From: the human T2T-CHM13v2.0 reference genome, Homo sapiens
Length of the DNA stretch: 64,000 bases
Reading direction: 5' to 3' (one strand)
Assembly (NCBI RefSeq): GCF_009914755.1
Contig: NC_060925.1
Part shown: positions 44,031 to 58,679 of the stretch, in pieces
Layout of the letters: every line of letters starts with the position of its first letter
Numbering within the stretch: position 1 is the first letter of the stretch
Notes under the pieces: model-generated
Database searches by the model: none
Told to the model about the DNA's origin: nothing
The model's input: the letters and a program-made list of their open reading frames with translations, nothing else
Translations under genes and position numbers: made by a program

Positions 44031-45540
44031 CTATGACTCAATGGCAGGTTTGCTTGACAGTGGTATAAATCTCTGAGTTGTGTTCCCAAGCACAGCCTGG
44101 AACCACACTCCATTCTTCAAGGTGGGCACATAAGTAACTGAGGATAACTAGGTGGTTGGGGAAAGAATAACTATTTCTTTGCACTCCTGCTTGTATAGTA
44201 AAAGGAACACTGGATCAGAGTCTGGAAGCCTGGGTACTAGTCCTGGTTCTTTGGCAAATGGTCATTGTCACCTTAGACAAATTACTTGCTCTCTCTGGAT
44301 CTCAGCTCCCCATCTGTTAGTTAGGGATTCACCTTAACCAGTGGTTATTCAGATGCCGGAGCCCCATCTCAGACCAGAGGTGAAAACTGGACAAGAGGTT
44401 TGTAAAATCTTCCCAGGAGATCCTGGTGTGCACACAAAAATAAGAAACACTGTAATAAGAGGTTGTCAAATTCTGTTCTCTATTCAGTCCTGATTTTCAG
44501 GTATGTAGTGAAAGTCGACAGTTTCTCACTTATCCCACTCAATCTCAGGTGTGGTCTGGGGCTCATTGCTCATTCATGTACCTGTGCCAGGGAGTGTTTG
44601 CCTTGCTTTTGAATGTTTATACTGTATAGTGCTAATGCCAGTGTTCTCAAGCCTTGAATATATTAATAAATAATTAAGATAATTCTATAATCACCAGACA
44701 TGACCTCATGGGTTACCCTTATTCTAATGGAATCTGCTAAGGATGCTCATTGCCCTTTTTTGGTGATATGATTTATGACCTCAAAAATGCTCTGTGAGGA
44801 ACTTCTGAGAGAGCCACGTGGCTGAGCTAGATACGTTAAGGAGGCTTCCACCCACAACTCTTTTCTCATTCTGTGCATTTTCCCTGCAAGCGCTCGTATA
44901 TATCTGTGGGTTCAGAATGGTGGGGAAATTAAGGTAGCATTTGGCTAGGGAGCCCAGGAAAGCCCAGTCCCTGTCCTCTGGCCAATAACCCCTCTCCATG
45001 AGGTTCTGGAGGGAAACCATCCTCAGAGAACAATGACTGACAGCAAAGACTACAACCCTGAGACGTGGGCCCCAACCTCCAATACGGAGCCTGTTGGTCT
45101 GGGCTGGAGTTCATGCAGAGCCCCCGTGACTTAGGCACAAGGCAACTTTCTTTCTTTTACCCTTTTTCATTAAGTTCACCTTCAAGTTCTGGATCTTACT
45201 GTGTCTAGTGGAGAAGAAAGTTGGGGAAACAAGAAGAGGGCATAAGAAAAAGATCCAGGGCAATAGGACATTCATGTCACTTCCAGGAGCAGAGCTGGTC
45301 CAAACTGTTCATTCCAGGCCTCCTAAGTGGTGGTGGCTGCAGCCTTTTTGACTCAACAGACAATGGAAGAGTCCAAAGAAAGAATGTCAGAGAGTCAATG
45401 AGAAGAGAGCAATCCTACCTCTCCAGCAGTAGAGAATATCCAAATAGAGAAAAAGTGATGGTCTGCCCTCTCCTTTTTATGTCTTTTCCCCATTTTTCTA
45501 TTTTCTTGTTGATTTGTAAAAGTTCTTTACATATTAAGGA

Positions 45541-45966
45541 TATTAGGTTGAGTTCCCCAGACACAGGCTCTAAGACAGAGATTCCTATTTCAGAGTTTAT
45601 TGGGAAGTGCCCTTGGCATCAAAACCTAAGGTTAGTGAAAGAAGTAGGATTGGCCAGGAGGAGAAGTTGAATGGCAAAAAAAAAAAGCCTCACTTAGCTG
45701 AACCCACAGAGGACTCTGGAGCTGGGATGGCCCTTCACAGTTCTGCCTCAAGGCAAGGGGGCCAGGCCTTTCTTGACCAGTCATTGGATGATGGCTGTTT
45801 CCAGGAGGGGCGTGTGACCTCGGGCAAAGTGACTCTCAGCTGTGGACATAATTACAGGAGAGGAACTTAGCATGAGCGGTCAGCCACCAACACTCCTGAC
45901 AGCTAGGGGATTAACACCCAAATACTGAAAGAGGGATCAGGGTGGCAGACCCTAGCATCCACTGTA
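45541..45966 (-). mobile_element. LTR16-type (ERVL) solo LTR inserted into an old L1
   Basis: ctctggagctgggatggcccttca...gaccagtcattggatg...gcatccactgta; flanks continue L1-like antisense sequence. Confidence 0.7.
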
Positions 45967-46057
45967 GATATCTTTAGCTATCGTAAGTGTTATAGATATG
46001 TTTCCCAGTTTGTCATTTGTCTGCCGACTTGTTGTTATTCTTAGTTTGTTTTACTGA

Positions 46058-46368
<311 letters not shown>

Positions 46369-46378
46369 GGAGTTTTTA

Positions 46379-46702
<324 letters not shown>

Positions 46703-47044
46703 CTTTTTTTCTTTATGGTTTCTGACTTTTATATTATTCTTAAGAAAGATAAATGTAATTATCCTTTCCACACCAACATTATTAGAAAAATGTGTATGTT
46801 CTCTAGTATTCTCATTTAAATATTGTTCTCATTTAATTAATCCTTTTGGAATTTATTTTGATTTAAGGTATGAGGTAGTATCTTTTTTTAATGATAAGAA
46901 CCAGTTTTCCCAGCACTGTGTATTTTCTCCATGGATTTAAAAATGCCATCTTTAGCAAAACAAATTAACTATATTGGATTTCATTTGTAGCTCTCTGTGA
47001 TGTTCCATTGACCTGTTTAAACCTGTACTAGTGTAATACAGGTT

Positions 47045-47625
47045 TATTTTATTTTTTAGTTTACATACAGTAAAGTTCGCTCTTCGGGGTATACAGTTCT
47101 GAGTTTTGCCAAATGCACAGAGTTGTGTAGGCACGGCAGCAGTTCCATTACCTTCCCAAATTCCTTCATGCTATCCTTTCGAAGGGTTCACCCTCAAACC
47201 TCCCCACTCTGTTAACCCCTGGAAACCACTGATCTGTTTTCCATCCCTATTGTTTTACCTTTTCCAGAATGTTATAGAAATGGAATCATACAGTATACAG
47301 CCTTTTGAATCTGTCTTCTTTCACTCAGCATAATACCCTAAGATGCATCCGTGTTGCTGCATGTATCAATAGTATCTTCCTTTTTATTGCTGAGTATTAT
47401 TCCCTGGTGTGGACATACCACACACACCACACACACATACCACACATGCCACACACACATACCACACCTACCAGTTTATTCGTTTCCCAACCGAGGGACA
47501 TTTGAGTTGTTTCCAGCTTTTGGATGTTAAGAATAAAGCTGCTATAAATGTTTGGTTTTTGTGTGAATATAGATGATCATTTCACTGGAATAAATATCTA
47601 GGAGTGGGTTTGCAGGGTCACACTT
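47045..47625 (-). mobile_element. L1M 3' end
   Basis: accactgatctgtttt...aatggaatcatacagtat...ctttcactcagcataat...ggacatttgagttgtttccag...gaataaagctgctataaa. Confidence 0.85.
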
Positions 47626-47771
47626 TTAATTACCACATATATGTGAATATTTATGAGTTACATTAATACATGGAGAGAGAAATGATTGTCCATTACCTTT
47701 TTATTCTTCTTGTTCTTCCTCTTCTCCTTCTTCTTTTTATCTCATGAGGATATTAACTGAAGTTGCATTAA

Positions 47772-48072
47772 TTTTTTTTTTTTTTTTCCTGAGACAGGGT
47801 CTCACTTTGTCACCCAGGCTGGAGTGCAGTGGTGCAATCACTGTTCGCTGCAGCCTCAACCTCCTGGGCCCAGGTGATCCTCCCACCTCAGCCTTCTGGG
47901 TAGCTGAGATTACGGGCGTGTGCCCCCATGCCCGGGTAATTTTTTGTATTTTTAGTAGAGACAGGGTTTCACATGTTGGCCAGGCTGGTCTCAAACTTCT
48001 GGGCTCAAGCTATCTGCCCACCTCGGCCTCCCAAAGTGCTGAGATTACAGGTGTGAGCTACGATGCCAGGCC
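47772..48072 (-). mobile_element. AluJ
   Basis: Full Alu. Confidence 0.9.
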
Positions 48073-49107
48073 CATTAAATTTGTTGATTAATTTGTGTAG
48101 AGAGACACCACTTTGAAGTCCTGATACCACTTACCTAGACAATAAATTCCTGAAACTAAACTGTGAGCGGCCCCAATATCTGATAAACAATTTGGGATTT
48201 TGCCAACTGTTCCGCTGTTACAGAGAAGAGCAGGCATCTTTTGCTTTGATTTATGTACTACCAAGTGATTTCTCATCCCGTGAGTACACTGGAACTTTTA
48301 GGCTTGAAGGGTCTTAGAGAACTCCCCAGGGTCCTTGCCTGAAGGCAAGATAACATTTTTGGTAGATGAGGAACATACTCTCACCAACTTCTTTCAATAG
48401 CTACTTCAAATATCTATCAATCTGTACCATCTGCGTTTCTAACCAAGAATTCTCTTGTTGCATTTTAAATACATTTCCTCCTAGCCTTTCCTGTGAAATG
48501 ACACTAACAAACTCTTGCCAAACTAGAACTACTTGTTCAAAACCAGCCCCAACTATGGTGCTTTCATAAGGGTAGGCAATTCCAATTATGTTGTTTATCC
48601 ACTTAAGCACACTGAGTCTCGACTACCTCAGGGACTTTCTTTTAATTTGTTTTCTCCTTTTGTTAATTGGATAAGCTAAGTGAAATGAGGTGTCGCTTAT
48701 GGAAGTGACTGCAAAGAGGAAGTCACTGCAAATTCATCAATGTGGTATTCTCCAGGACTTATTAATGGCAAAGGGATACAGAGAAAAATCTACACTGTCT
48801 GCTCTTTTACCCTGGCAAAAACTTAGCTGCTGCTCCATGCCCCGTGTCAGGAAAGAGCCAATTTCTTTCAATGGCTCACATCATTTTAATCTACCCCTTG
48901 GTTTTCAACATACATGGAGTTGATCCACATTATGGTTTTTGAGTAGGACATTTATTCAGTCATGTGTGCTTTTTCATTCAACCTTTATTGAGCACCTACT
49001 ATGAACAGATCACTTAGTATGTGATATGTCAGTCCTTGACATTAATGTTATTATGCTTGGTTAGAAACTACAATTTGGAGATTAAGAATGAAAGCTCTGA
49101 AGGGAAG

Positions 49108-49283
49108 CCAAAGCTGGATTCAGGTTTTATGGAGACTTCGGCTAACACGGTTTAGGGGGCCTCTTCCAGAAAAAGAATTTTAAAAATTGCAAACACAAAA
49201 TTAGGCACAGGGCCTTGCAAAGGGCCATGTAAGTGAAGGATCCTGAAACCTCAGCTCATTCCTTTCTCAGAAAATTCCCTCTG
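49108..49283. mobile_element. MER53-like DNA element
   Basis: ggattcaggttttatgg...ggggcctctt...gaaaaagaat...acaaaattaggcacagggccttg...gggccatgtaagtgaagg. Confidence 0.65.
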
Positions 49284-49284
49284 A

Positions 49285-49505
49285 GCCAGGCACACTGTGG
49301 TTTAAATCCCAGCAATATGACCTTGGGCAAGTGACTCAACTGCTCTCAGCTCAGTGTCCTCATCTGCAATATGAGAAAATGAGGAGATAATAAAATACAC
49401 CTGGTATTGGTGTTATGAGGGCTCCAAAGATGAGGACACAAAGCACTGAGCCCAGCATTTAGCCTGGCCTGTAATAGATGTACAATAAATGGTAGCTATT
49501 GTTAG
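49285..49505 (+). mobile_element. MIR
   Basis: tgaccttgggcaagtgactcaac...ctcagtgtcctcatctgcaa...caataaatggtagctatt. Confidence 0.7.
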
Positions 49506-50080
49506 GAATATCAGTACTATTGTGAGCTTTCACCCAATAGGATTGCCTAATCACAAAATCTAGCTTCCTGAGCAGAATCTAGGGAAGAGAGGGAATGAAG
49601 TCCAAGTTTACACATTCTTGCTAATCCAGTTTGTGGGTATGGTACACACGTGGTGTGCCCGTGAAGCTGAGCCCCACTGCACTACAAGCACACCACATAT
49701 GGGGCATGGCAAGCGTGCTGCCTGCTGCATTAAATGTCTCCTTGCCCTGAGAACTGATTCATTCTGAGGTCATAAAGCAATTATCTTCAAAACACTATAT
49801 TAATATCTGATTGTGGAATTAAACCAGACCTGTCTAGGTTTGCCTTCCTTGAGCAAAATGTGTTTATGCAGCATAAGTGAGAAGGGTAAATACAAACTAG
49901 ACAATTTTTTTCAAAAATGTGCAAGGAGTGGATGGGTGATAAGAAAACAAGAAAGACCATTTGGAAACTATTAAATTACTTCCTTTGTATTTGCACAGAA
50001 AATTCCTCTGGTTTTGATGATATGACATTCCTGTAAAGTAGGTAAACATGTTTCCATATTATCAGTTTACAGATTTTTAA

Positions 50081-50388
<308 letters not shown>

Positions 50389-51649
50389 TTCTAACCTTTT
50401 TTATTTTCTGTCTTTTTTTTTCTTTTCAAGCCCAGCAATCAACCAAAAAAAAAGGCAAATATTCTCTATCTCATAGGGGTTGCGAGTCAGGTTCTCACTC
50501 ATGTTTCCCTCTGAGAGAAGAGGACAGGGAAATTGAAAAATAAATTGATAAACAAGTTATCAGAGCAGACTATGGCTTCTTTCTCCCTTTGAAATTTTCT
50601 TTTTGAAATCTTGTGGATTTTGAAGCCTGAGCAGTCTGAAAGTCTGACAAACAAACAAAATGTAATTATGCTTCAGTTAGCTAGGATCAGTGGTAGCGCC
50701 AATAAATGATTGAGAGGGGGCAAAGATTTAATTTCCCCATGATTTCCAATAGCCACCTTTAGCTATGCCAAATAGCCATGGAATCCAAGCAGAAACAGCA
50801 TACTTGCTGTGTAAACATGACTTCAAGACAAAACTCCAGCTTGCCTTCCTAACAGATTGCCAGCCCTTCAGCCCCTCCTGTATGGAAACTCATAGGCTAG
50901 CAAAGCAGACTTGAACGTTCTGGTAATAGAAGTTAATTGAATTATCTGAGGGCTAATCAGAAAAACTTATTTGTTGCAATCTTTCTAGTAGAAACCCATT
51001 CTTAGATGTATTTGTTCAGTTCTTGCCTTAATAGATAGAATGGCCCTAATGAAAACTTGCATGATTCAAAATATTGTTAACACCTCACAGCCATCATCGT
51101 GAGTAGTAACATGAAGTATTGCTACGGATTTACTCATTCATCATTTCTTTCACCCAACTATGAGTTCAATAAATATTTGTTGAATGGAATTGAGGGAAGC
51201 CCCAAAGGGAGAAGGAGGTGCTGGAAGCCCTACTAGAATCCGGACTGAAATCAGGGCCAAATCTCACAGTCCAGCACAATGGGCAGCACAGAGGAAACAT
51301 TTGATATATGTCTGCTAATGTAATTAGCTAGTGAGATAGGGGCTGGGGCAAAGACAGTGTTGAACTAACTAGTTCACCAATTTGCTCTAGTCTTGGCTTT
51401 ATCTGTGTAAGGGTAACTGATGCAAAGCAATAAATTACTTAAATATGATTTAAAAAATCTCCCTGTTCCATTGCTGTTACTTTATGAGCTTTCCAAGCAT
51501 TCCTTATTATTTAGGTTTATTAAACATCATTAATCTTTTGGAATGGGTACTGTTTTGTAGAAATCTTTACATTCAATAACCTCCAAAGATGTCTCACATG
51601 CTTAAAAAAGACAATAGGCATGAGAGTTAGACGAAGAAGTGCATGAAAT

Positions 51650-52080
51650 AGCTAATTCATTCATCAAATGTCTTGAGCATTGCCATGTGCCAGGCTCTGA
51701 GGATTCACTAGTGAGCAGAACAAATGTGGCCCCCATACCACAGAGCTACACATGAACATAATAGAAACATAATTACAATCTGGAACTAGATCCCAATAGG
51801 GACACAAGCCAGGGAGGGGGCACCTAATTCAGTTTAGGAGGACAGGGAAGTGCTCTTTAAGGAATGACATGAAGTGAAACCTACGTAAGAAAAGGCAACA
51901 AATACAGAGACTGTTTTCCGCAGAGGGATCAGCATATAAGACCATGAAGAAGAAAGAAATCTGGTACATTTTAGGAACTTTGCAAAGTGGGGACAAAAAG
52001 AGCTGGGTAAGGCAGGGCCTTGTAGTTAAATCCCTGGTCTGGTGTTGATCATAAGGGGAAGGGTCACGTAGAGCTGGCAA
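51650..52080 (-). mobile_element. L2 fragment
   Basis: attcattcatcaaatgtcttgagca...atgtgccaggctctg... Confidence 0.6.
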
Positions 52081-52204
52081 TGAAAGGCTCCCACAGCCTT
52101 TCTGCATTCTCTGCTAACAGAAGTTAGCAACACGGCCCAGTGATTTTTAGTATACATTAAATGCAGCTCTACGTACATCATCCCATGCAGGCCTTGTACG
52201 GCAT

Positions 52205-52705
52205 GTGTGGGGGCAGCTGTTCGTTTCCTCTGCAGCTTCCATCTCCATTTTTCCTCCCCAGGAGACCCCTGGTCATGTTCAGGTGGAGCCTCCCGTCCTC
52301 TGCTGTCACGTGCTTCAAGGGACACAGACCCTGTTCCTGGGTCCACAGGGGTGGTTCCTGATAGGCGAAGGGTATTAGTAAATGGCATTTCTCCGGGGAA
52401 TCTTTTTGGGCTAGGGTGAGCACAGGATCTAAAATAGCCCAATCAGACTGAAGACAGAAGCTCAGATTCCATGGCTGGGAAAGTGTCCTTTCTCTCCCTT
52501 CCACTGTGCCAGTTACTCACAGTTATCTCTCATCCAAGGAAAGAACCTTCAACCCTCAGGTGAAGCCAACGCCAAGCACAGCAGAGCAGAGAGGTAGAAA
52601 GCACCTGGGCTCTCAGTAAAATGGTGGAGCTGCTGAGTCGACCCACCCCAAGGCCTGCCCTTCGTCGCTTACACTTCCTTATTGGTTGAGATCTTGCATT
52701 TGCTC
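52205..52705 (+). mobile_element. Old MLT1 (J/K-like) LTR remnant
   Basis: gcccaatcaga...tgaagccaac...gcagagcagagaggtagaaagcacctggg...ggagctgctga. Confidence 0.45.
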
Positions 52706-53322
52706 CTCCCTTTGGTTCTTTGACACCACAATCGTAGCTCCCGCAACTCTCTGGTAAATCCCTTTCTGTCTCCTTTACTGGGTCCCCCCACACCTTCTAG
52801 TTTCTAAATGTGATTTTTAAATAAAAGTTTCTAAACGAAGTTACCTCTGAACATCTCTCCACTTTCTCTCAGGGAGATCTCAGCCACTCCCATGGCTTCC
52901 TTCTTTATTTAAAGGTCTGTTCGCCAAATGTTCACATTTCCTTACAACATCTCCAAGTGATGGTCCAGCTTTAATACTTCCAGTAAACTCACTGATAATG
53001 CAAATACATTCCAAATTGATATAGTTTCTCTTTAGAGTCAGCGGCTACTCCTGATTTCCCAACTTCAGAAGTAGTTGCTTAAAATGTATGCAAAAGAGCC
53101 AGAGGGTGTCTTGCGGAACCCAAGAACAGGAAGTGCATCTAGAAATCTGACCGCCTACAGGCACCCGGGCAGCTGCTCCTAAGCTCTCACTCAGAAGCCA
53201 TCTCTGCATGGGCTTCCTTCTTCTCCGTTTTGCAGCCTGGCATCTTCATGTGGAAGCATGAGGCCAGCAACAGGTCACCAGCTGGCCCAATCACATCTTC
53301 AGCCTCCGAGAGAGATTGAGAA

Positions 53323-53325
<3 letters not shown>

Positions 53326-53363
<38 letters not shown>
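53326..53363. repeat. (GA)n microsatellite
   Basis: Pure ag repeat. Confidence 0.95.
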
Positions 53364-53366
<3 letters not shown>

Positions 53367-53785
53367 TTCTTTGCTTTAGTCCCAAGCTGAGGAAGAGTTC
53401 CGATTGACCCATCTTGGGTCCGGCGTCCCTAGACAAAGGCTGTGCATTTACACAGTGACCTCCACAACAGCCGTGGAGAGATGAGGGAGCAATGGATGCT
53501 TCCCAGGAGGGAAGGGTCCATTCCCAGAAAGGGAGGGAGGGCCAGGCTGCAAAAACAATGGGGACCCAGTACGAACAGGACAGAGGACCTTCCCTGTGAG
53601 TGAGGAGACAGCTCTCAGAGAAAGGAGTTATTAATGGTACAGGCAGAAGTTCCATGATTTCACCCAGGTCAGAGACCTTGGAGCCATTTTTGACTCCCTC
53701 TGTCAGACTCCCTCTGTCACTGTCCACCCACTTCCCTGATGTCCAATAAGACACTAACTCCTAGTACTTCTTTCTTGCTTGCTTG

Positions 53786-54085
53786 CTTTTTTTTTTTTTT
53801 CTGAGACAGAAACAGTTTCACTTTTGCTGCCCAGGCTGGAATGCAATGGCACGATCTTGGCTTACTGCAACCTCTGCCTCCCAGGTTCGATTCTCCTGCC
53901 TTAGCCTCCCGAGTAGCTGGGATTACAGGCGCATGCCACCAGGCTCAGCTAATTTTTGTATTTTTAGTAGAGAGGGGGTTTCGCCATGTTGGCTAGGCTG
54001 GTCTTGAACTCCTGACCTCAGGTGATCCTCCTGCCTCAGCCTCCCAAAGTGCTGGGATTACAGGCATGAGCTACAGTGCCCGACC
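53786..54085 (-). mobile_element. AluS
   Basis: Full Alu. Confidence 0.9.
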
Positions 54086-54600
54086 TACTTCTTCTTTCAA
54101 AATACTTTATTGTCCTCCCTTTCTTTGGTTTCTCATTCCAGTTCCTTAGTTTCAGTCCTCATTGCCTCTCCCCTGGGTTCTCTAATCACCCCACTGGTTT
54201 GCCAGCCTTTTTTCTACTTTCATCCAATCTATGGTCAGACTAATCTTCCTAAAACACCACCAGGAAGAGCTTTCTTCCCAGATCTAAAAACCTTCCAATG
54301 TCACCTGGCTGCCTGTAGAACAAAGTCCAAACACTTTGGCTGGTTATTCAGGAATGTCTTCAACTGTCACTGGCATTGTTACTTAGGTTCTCCATATCTG
54401 TGGCCTGCGTGGCCTTTCCTAATGGGAGTTCCCCAGCCACATGCCCAGGGTATGATTTTACCCACCCCCTGCCTTAGGAGTGGGGCTCAAATGGCTTAAG
54501 CCCACCAACATAGCCCCATCACCCTGGCCCTAGCTACTGGCTGAAGAAAAGACACTGAGCTAGATCCAAGCCAGCCAGCATGTTCTCCAGGCCACAGTCA

Positions 54601-55197
<597 letters not shown>

Positions 55198-56399
55198 TTA
55201 TTGACTGTTTTAAAAAAGCATATTCCTTAAATCATGTTTTTGGCAAATTTGTCATTTGGCACATTGGCTTCAAGCCAGGGAGGTGGAGTCAGGACGAAGC
55301 CTTCGGAAGAAGAGAGGAAAGACACAAATGCAAGGTCCTTGGTGTGGCTTTGAACTCTGGATTGGCCTTGACTGAAGCCCGCCACACCTCCTGACTTTTC
55401 CAAAACATGAGTCAGTCCATTCCTGTTAGAGTTTGACCCAGGTTTGTTTGGGTTTCCTGTTACTGGCAAGTGAAAGCATCCTCACAATGTATTTTTCTGA
55501 ATATTTCCAAATTCTGATCTTCCAACACTTGGCTCCAACCAAATCAGTCTACTCACCTTGCCCCAGGTCCTCTTCATGCTTTTCCATAGCGTGATCGTTC
55601 TCTTCTGCTCCTTCCTTCAGCCCCTCTGCCTGTTTGGCATCCCCCTGGCTTTCCAGACAGGAGCCTCTCCCTGTTCCTGGTGCAGGCCCGGTAGGCTGCT
55701 ACTGCCCTCCATGCCCCCTGCAGCCCCCAACAACTCCTGCGGCCCTCCATGCCCCCTGCCTTCTCTGCATAGCTGTCCAGCTTCTTTGGTCACTGGGATC
55801 AAAAACTCACTGAGTTCCTTCAGAAGGCCAGTGGGAACAAAGGCAGCTCCCCAATGGCTCCTTCCTGCCTTTCATCAAAGGCCTTCTGGTGGCCCCCACA
55901 TGCTGTTCTATGCTCTCTCTGTGTGCCTGCTCTTGTCCCAGCTCTGCGGACAGGCAGCCTCTTCACCGTTGCTGTTCCCTTGTGACGGCTGTTACCCCCA
56001 CTTCTACCTCAGGATGTCCTTCCAGCTCCTGTTCCCTCAGCTGATTGTTTCATTTTTCTCCCTGGGTCTAAATCAGACCTTCCTGGACACAGTCCAGTGG
56101 GAACCACTAATCCTTTTACCCTAGACCAGGCTGGGTCCCTGTGTAGCCTATGGCTGGCCAGACACCGGGTCAAGTGTTCGCCCCTGCTCCAAACACCTGT
56201 CAGGAGGTGATGGATTGCGGAGTCCCCTTTGGGGTACCCTTTATATATGGTTGAGAGAAGGGAGGCCTGGCAACCTAGAAATGGATTGTTGGCATGGCGA
56301 GACCACCTGGCCTTTCAGGATGCTGTCCCACCCATTTGGCCGTCAATCACACACCCCACTGTGTGCTGTATATGGAGCTATTTAAATGTTTATTATTTA

Positions 56400-56706
<307 letters not shown>

Positions 56707-56758
56707 TGTTTTTTAGCTACACTTTTTGTACGTTTGTTTATCTCCTTAACTAGATCAT

Positions 56759-56824
56759 TAGTATTATTATTATTTTTGACTACTCCATAGACAGAGCAGG
56801 GCTACCCCATACATAGAGTAGCCC
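56759..56824 (-). mobile_element. Short A-tailed hairpin retrocopy (LTR-like body) with TSD
   Basis: 47-nt body plus A-rich tail between aactagatcat (56748-56758) and aactagattat (56825-56835). Confidence 0.75.
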
Positions 56825-56879
56825 AACTAGATTATAAAATTCCTTAACAATAGAGATGATGACACTAAATTTCTATAAT

Positions 56880-57100
56880 AAAATGATAACAATAAGCAAT
56901 AGTTACTGAGCATTTACCATGTACCAGGTACAGTTCTAAGTGCTTTATAGAACAAGTAAAAACACCTCGGTGTAAAGCCCCATCTATCTTATCCCCACTT
57001 TACTGATGAGGAAGTTGAGGCCATGACTCACAACCAGTCACAGGGCTGGTGATTTGCACCCAACCAGTTTGATTCCAGAATCTATGCTCTTAGCACATTG
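56880..57100 (-). mobile_element. MIR
   Basis: ttactgagcatttaccatgtaccagg...ccccacttttactgatgaggaagttgaggc. Confidence 0.7.
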
Positions 57101-58454
57101 CCCCTTCTCCTGTTGGTGCTGACTACACATTTATTGTGATGAAAAGGAAAACTACCCTCTCTCTTTATGTTGGGTTAGTCCTCACCGACCAATTTGTTCT
57201 ATGAACACTTACTTTTTGGCCAAAAGCCTCCCTTTCACAGCTAGGAAACTAATGCCAGAGCAACAGAGCAAAAGACAATCCATTCTGAACCAAAACTCCC
57301 TCTTGGCTTGAAGCGAGCTCATCAGCCAGATGCTCCACCTCCCTCCCATGTTTTCCTGGCACTGCTTTGTAGAAATCTGGATCCAGGGGCCGTGTGCAAG
57401 GTGGCTTCCGCAGGCACAACCAATTGCCAGACAGACGTGTAGGCTGAAGCGCCAGCCAGCAAATCATTTCAGCCACTTTCATCTTCCCTGCATGCCAAGT
57501 TCAGGGGGCAGGGGAGGGGCATCTTAGCCTGGATTCCACTTGACTGGTGTTGAGGTATCCTGGAGCTAGGGGCTGAGCTATTCCCACCCCAGCAGTCAAA
57601 CCATTAACCCATGGTCCGCTGGGTCCCCAGGTTCACCCCCTGCCAGAGGCAGCTGCACCTCCCTCTCTCCGACCTCTCTGCCAAGGCTGGAAAATCAGCA
57701 GGCTGTTTGGCTGTTTGGGGCTGTGGATGCTTCCAACCAACCTCCTGAGGCAGAAGGGCAGGTTTGCCCACTTTACAGATGAAGAGATGAAGGCAGACAA
57801 CTTATTTAGGGCCACGCAGGTCTGGATGGTTGTCACGGGGAGCACTGAGGTTACCTCCTCTGTCAAGGTCTCATCTAGCTCTAAGCTTTCTCTCCCTCTC
57901 TCTTCCTCTCTTCCCAGCACCCGACTCCCTGTAGGCCAAGCTTTCTGTTTATCACCAAGACCCCCTTCACCTCACTCTCCCTTTTTCGCAAAGCCCTCCC
58001 ATGCCCTGGGAGCCTTCTGAATCCTGACTTGAGCATAAAGGAGTTAGGGGAAAAGAGAAGAACTGGGTGAGAGGGGGGATGGAAGAGGAAGCACAGATTC
58101 AGCTGACAGTGTCTAATGGTGGAAGGCATGTCTCAGGCCCAGAAAAGCCACACCATGGCCTCTGTTTTTCTGTGCAACAGTGGCCCTGCCAGGGAGACGG
58201 TGTGGGGAACCTGCAGGGAAGCTTTTCTAACGAAAGGGATTGGGGAGGACTTCTAAGGGAGAGAGGGAGAAAGTCCTCAATTCAATCTCTTCCCCCTTCT
58301 CTTCCCGCAACCTGTTTGTCTACTGACTTCTTTAGCTGCTCCTCTGTCATTTCCTGAACAGATCAACATTTTCTGAACAGGCACAAGATATTAACTAGGA
58401 AGCTCAGGTGTGGAAGAGCAGAGACCTCGGAACTCACCCCACCCTGTCCAAAAC

Positions 58455-58679
58455 TTTTTCTTTTTTTTTTTTTTTCCTTTTTGAGATAGGGTCTTGCTCT
58501 GTTCCCCAGGCTGGAGTGCAGTGTCACCATCATGGCTCACAGCAGCCTCGGACTCCTGGACTCAAGCGATCGTCCTTCCTCAGCCTCCCAAGTGGCTGGA
58601 ACTATAGGCATATGACGCCATGCTGAGCTAATTTTTAATTTTTTTTGTAGAGATGGGGTCTCATTATGTTGCCCAGGCT
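58455..58679 (-). mobile_element. 5'-truncated AluJ
   Basis: Right arm plus part of left arm. Confidence 0.85.

Noticed and set aside
55558-56124. 188-aa non-Alu ORF
   Set aside because: Non-ATG start, CT-rich biased composition, no domain or splice support
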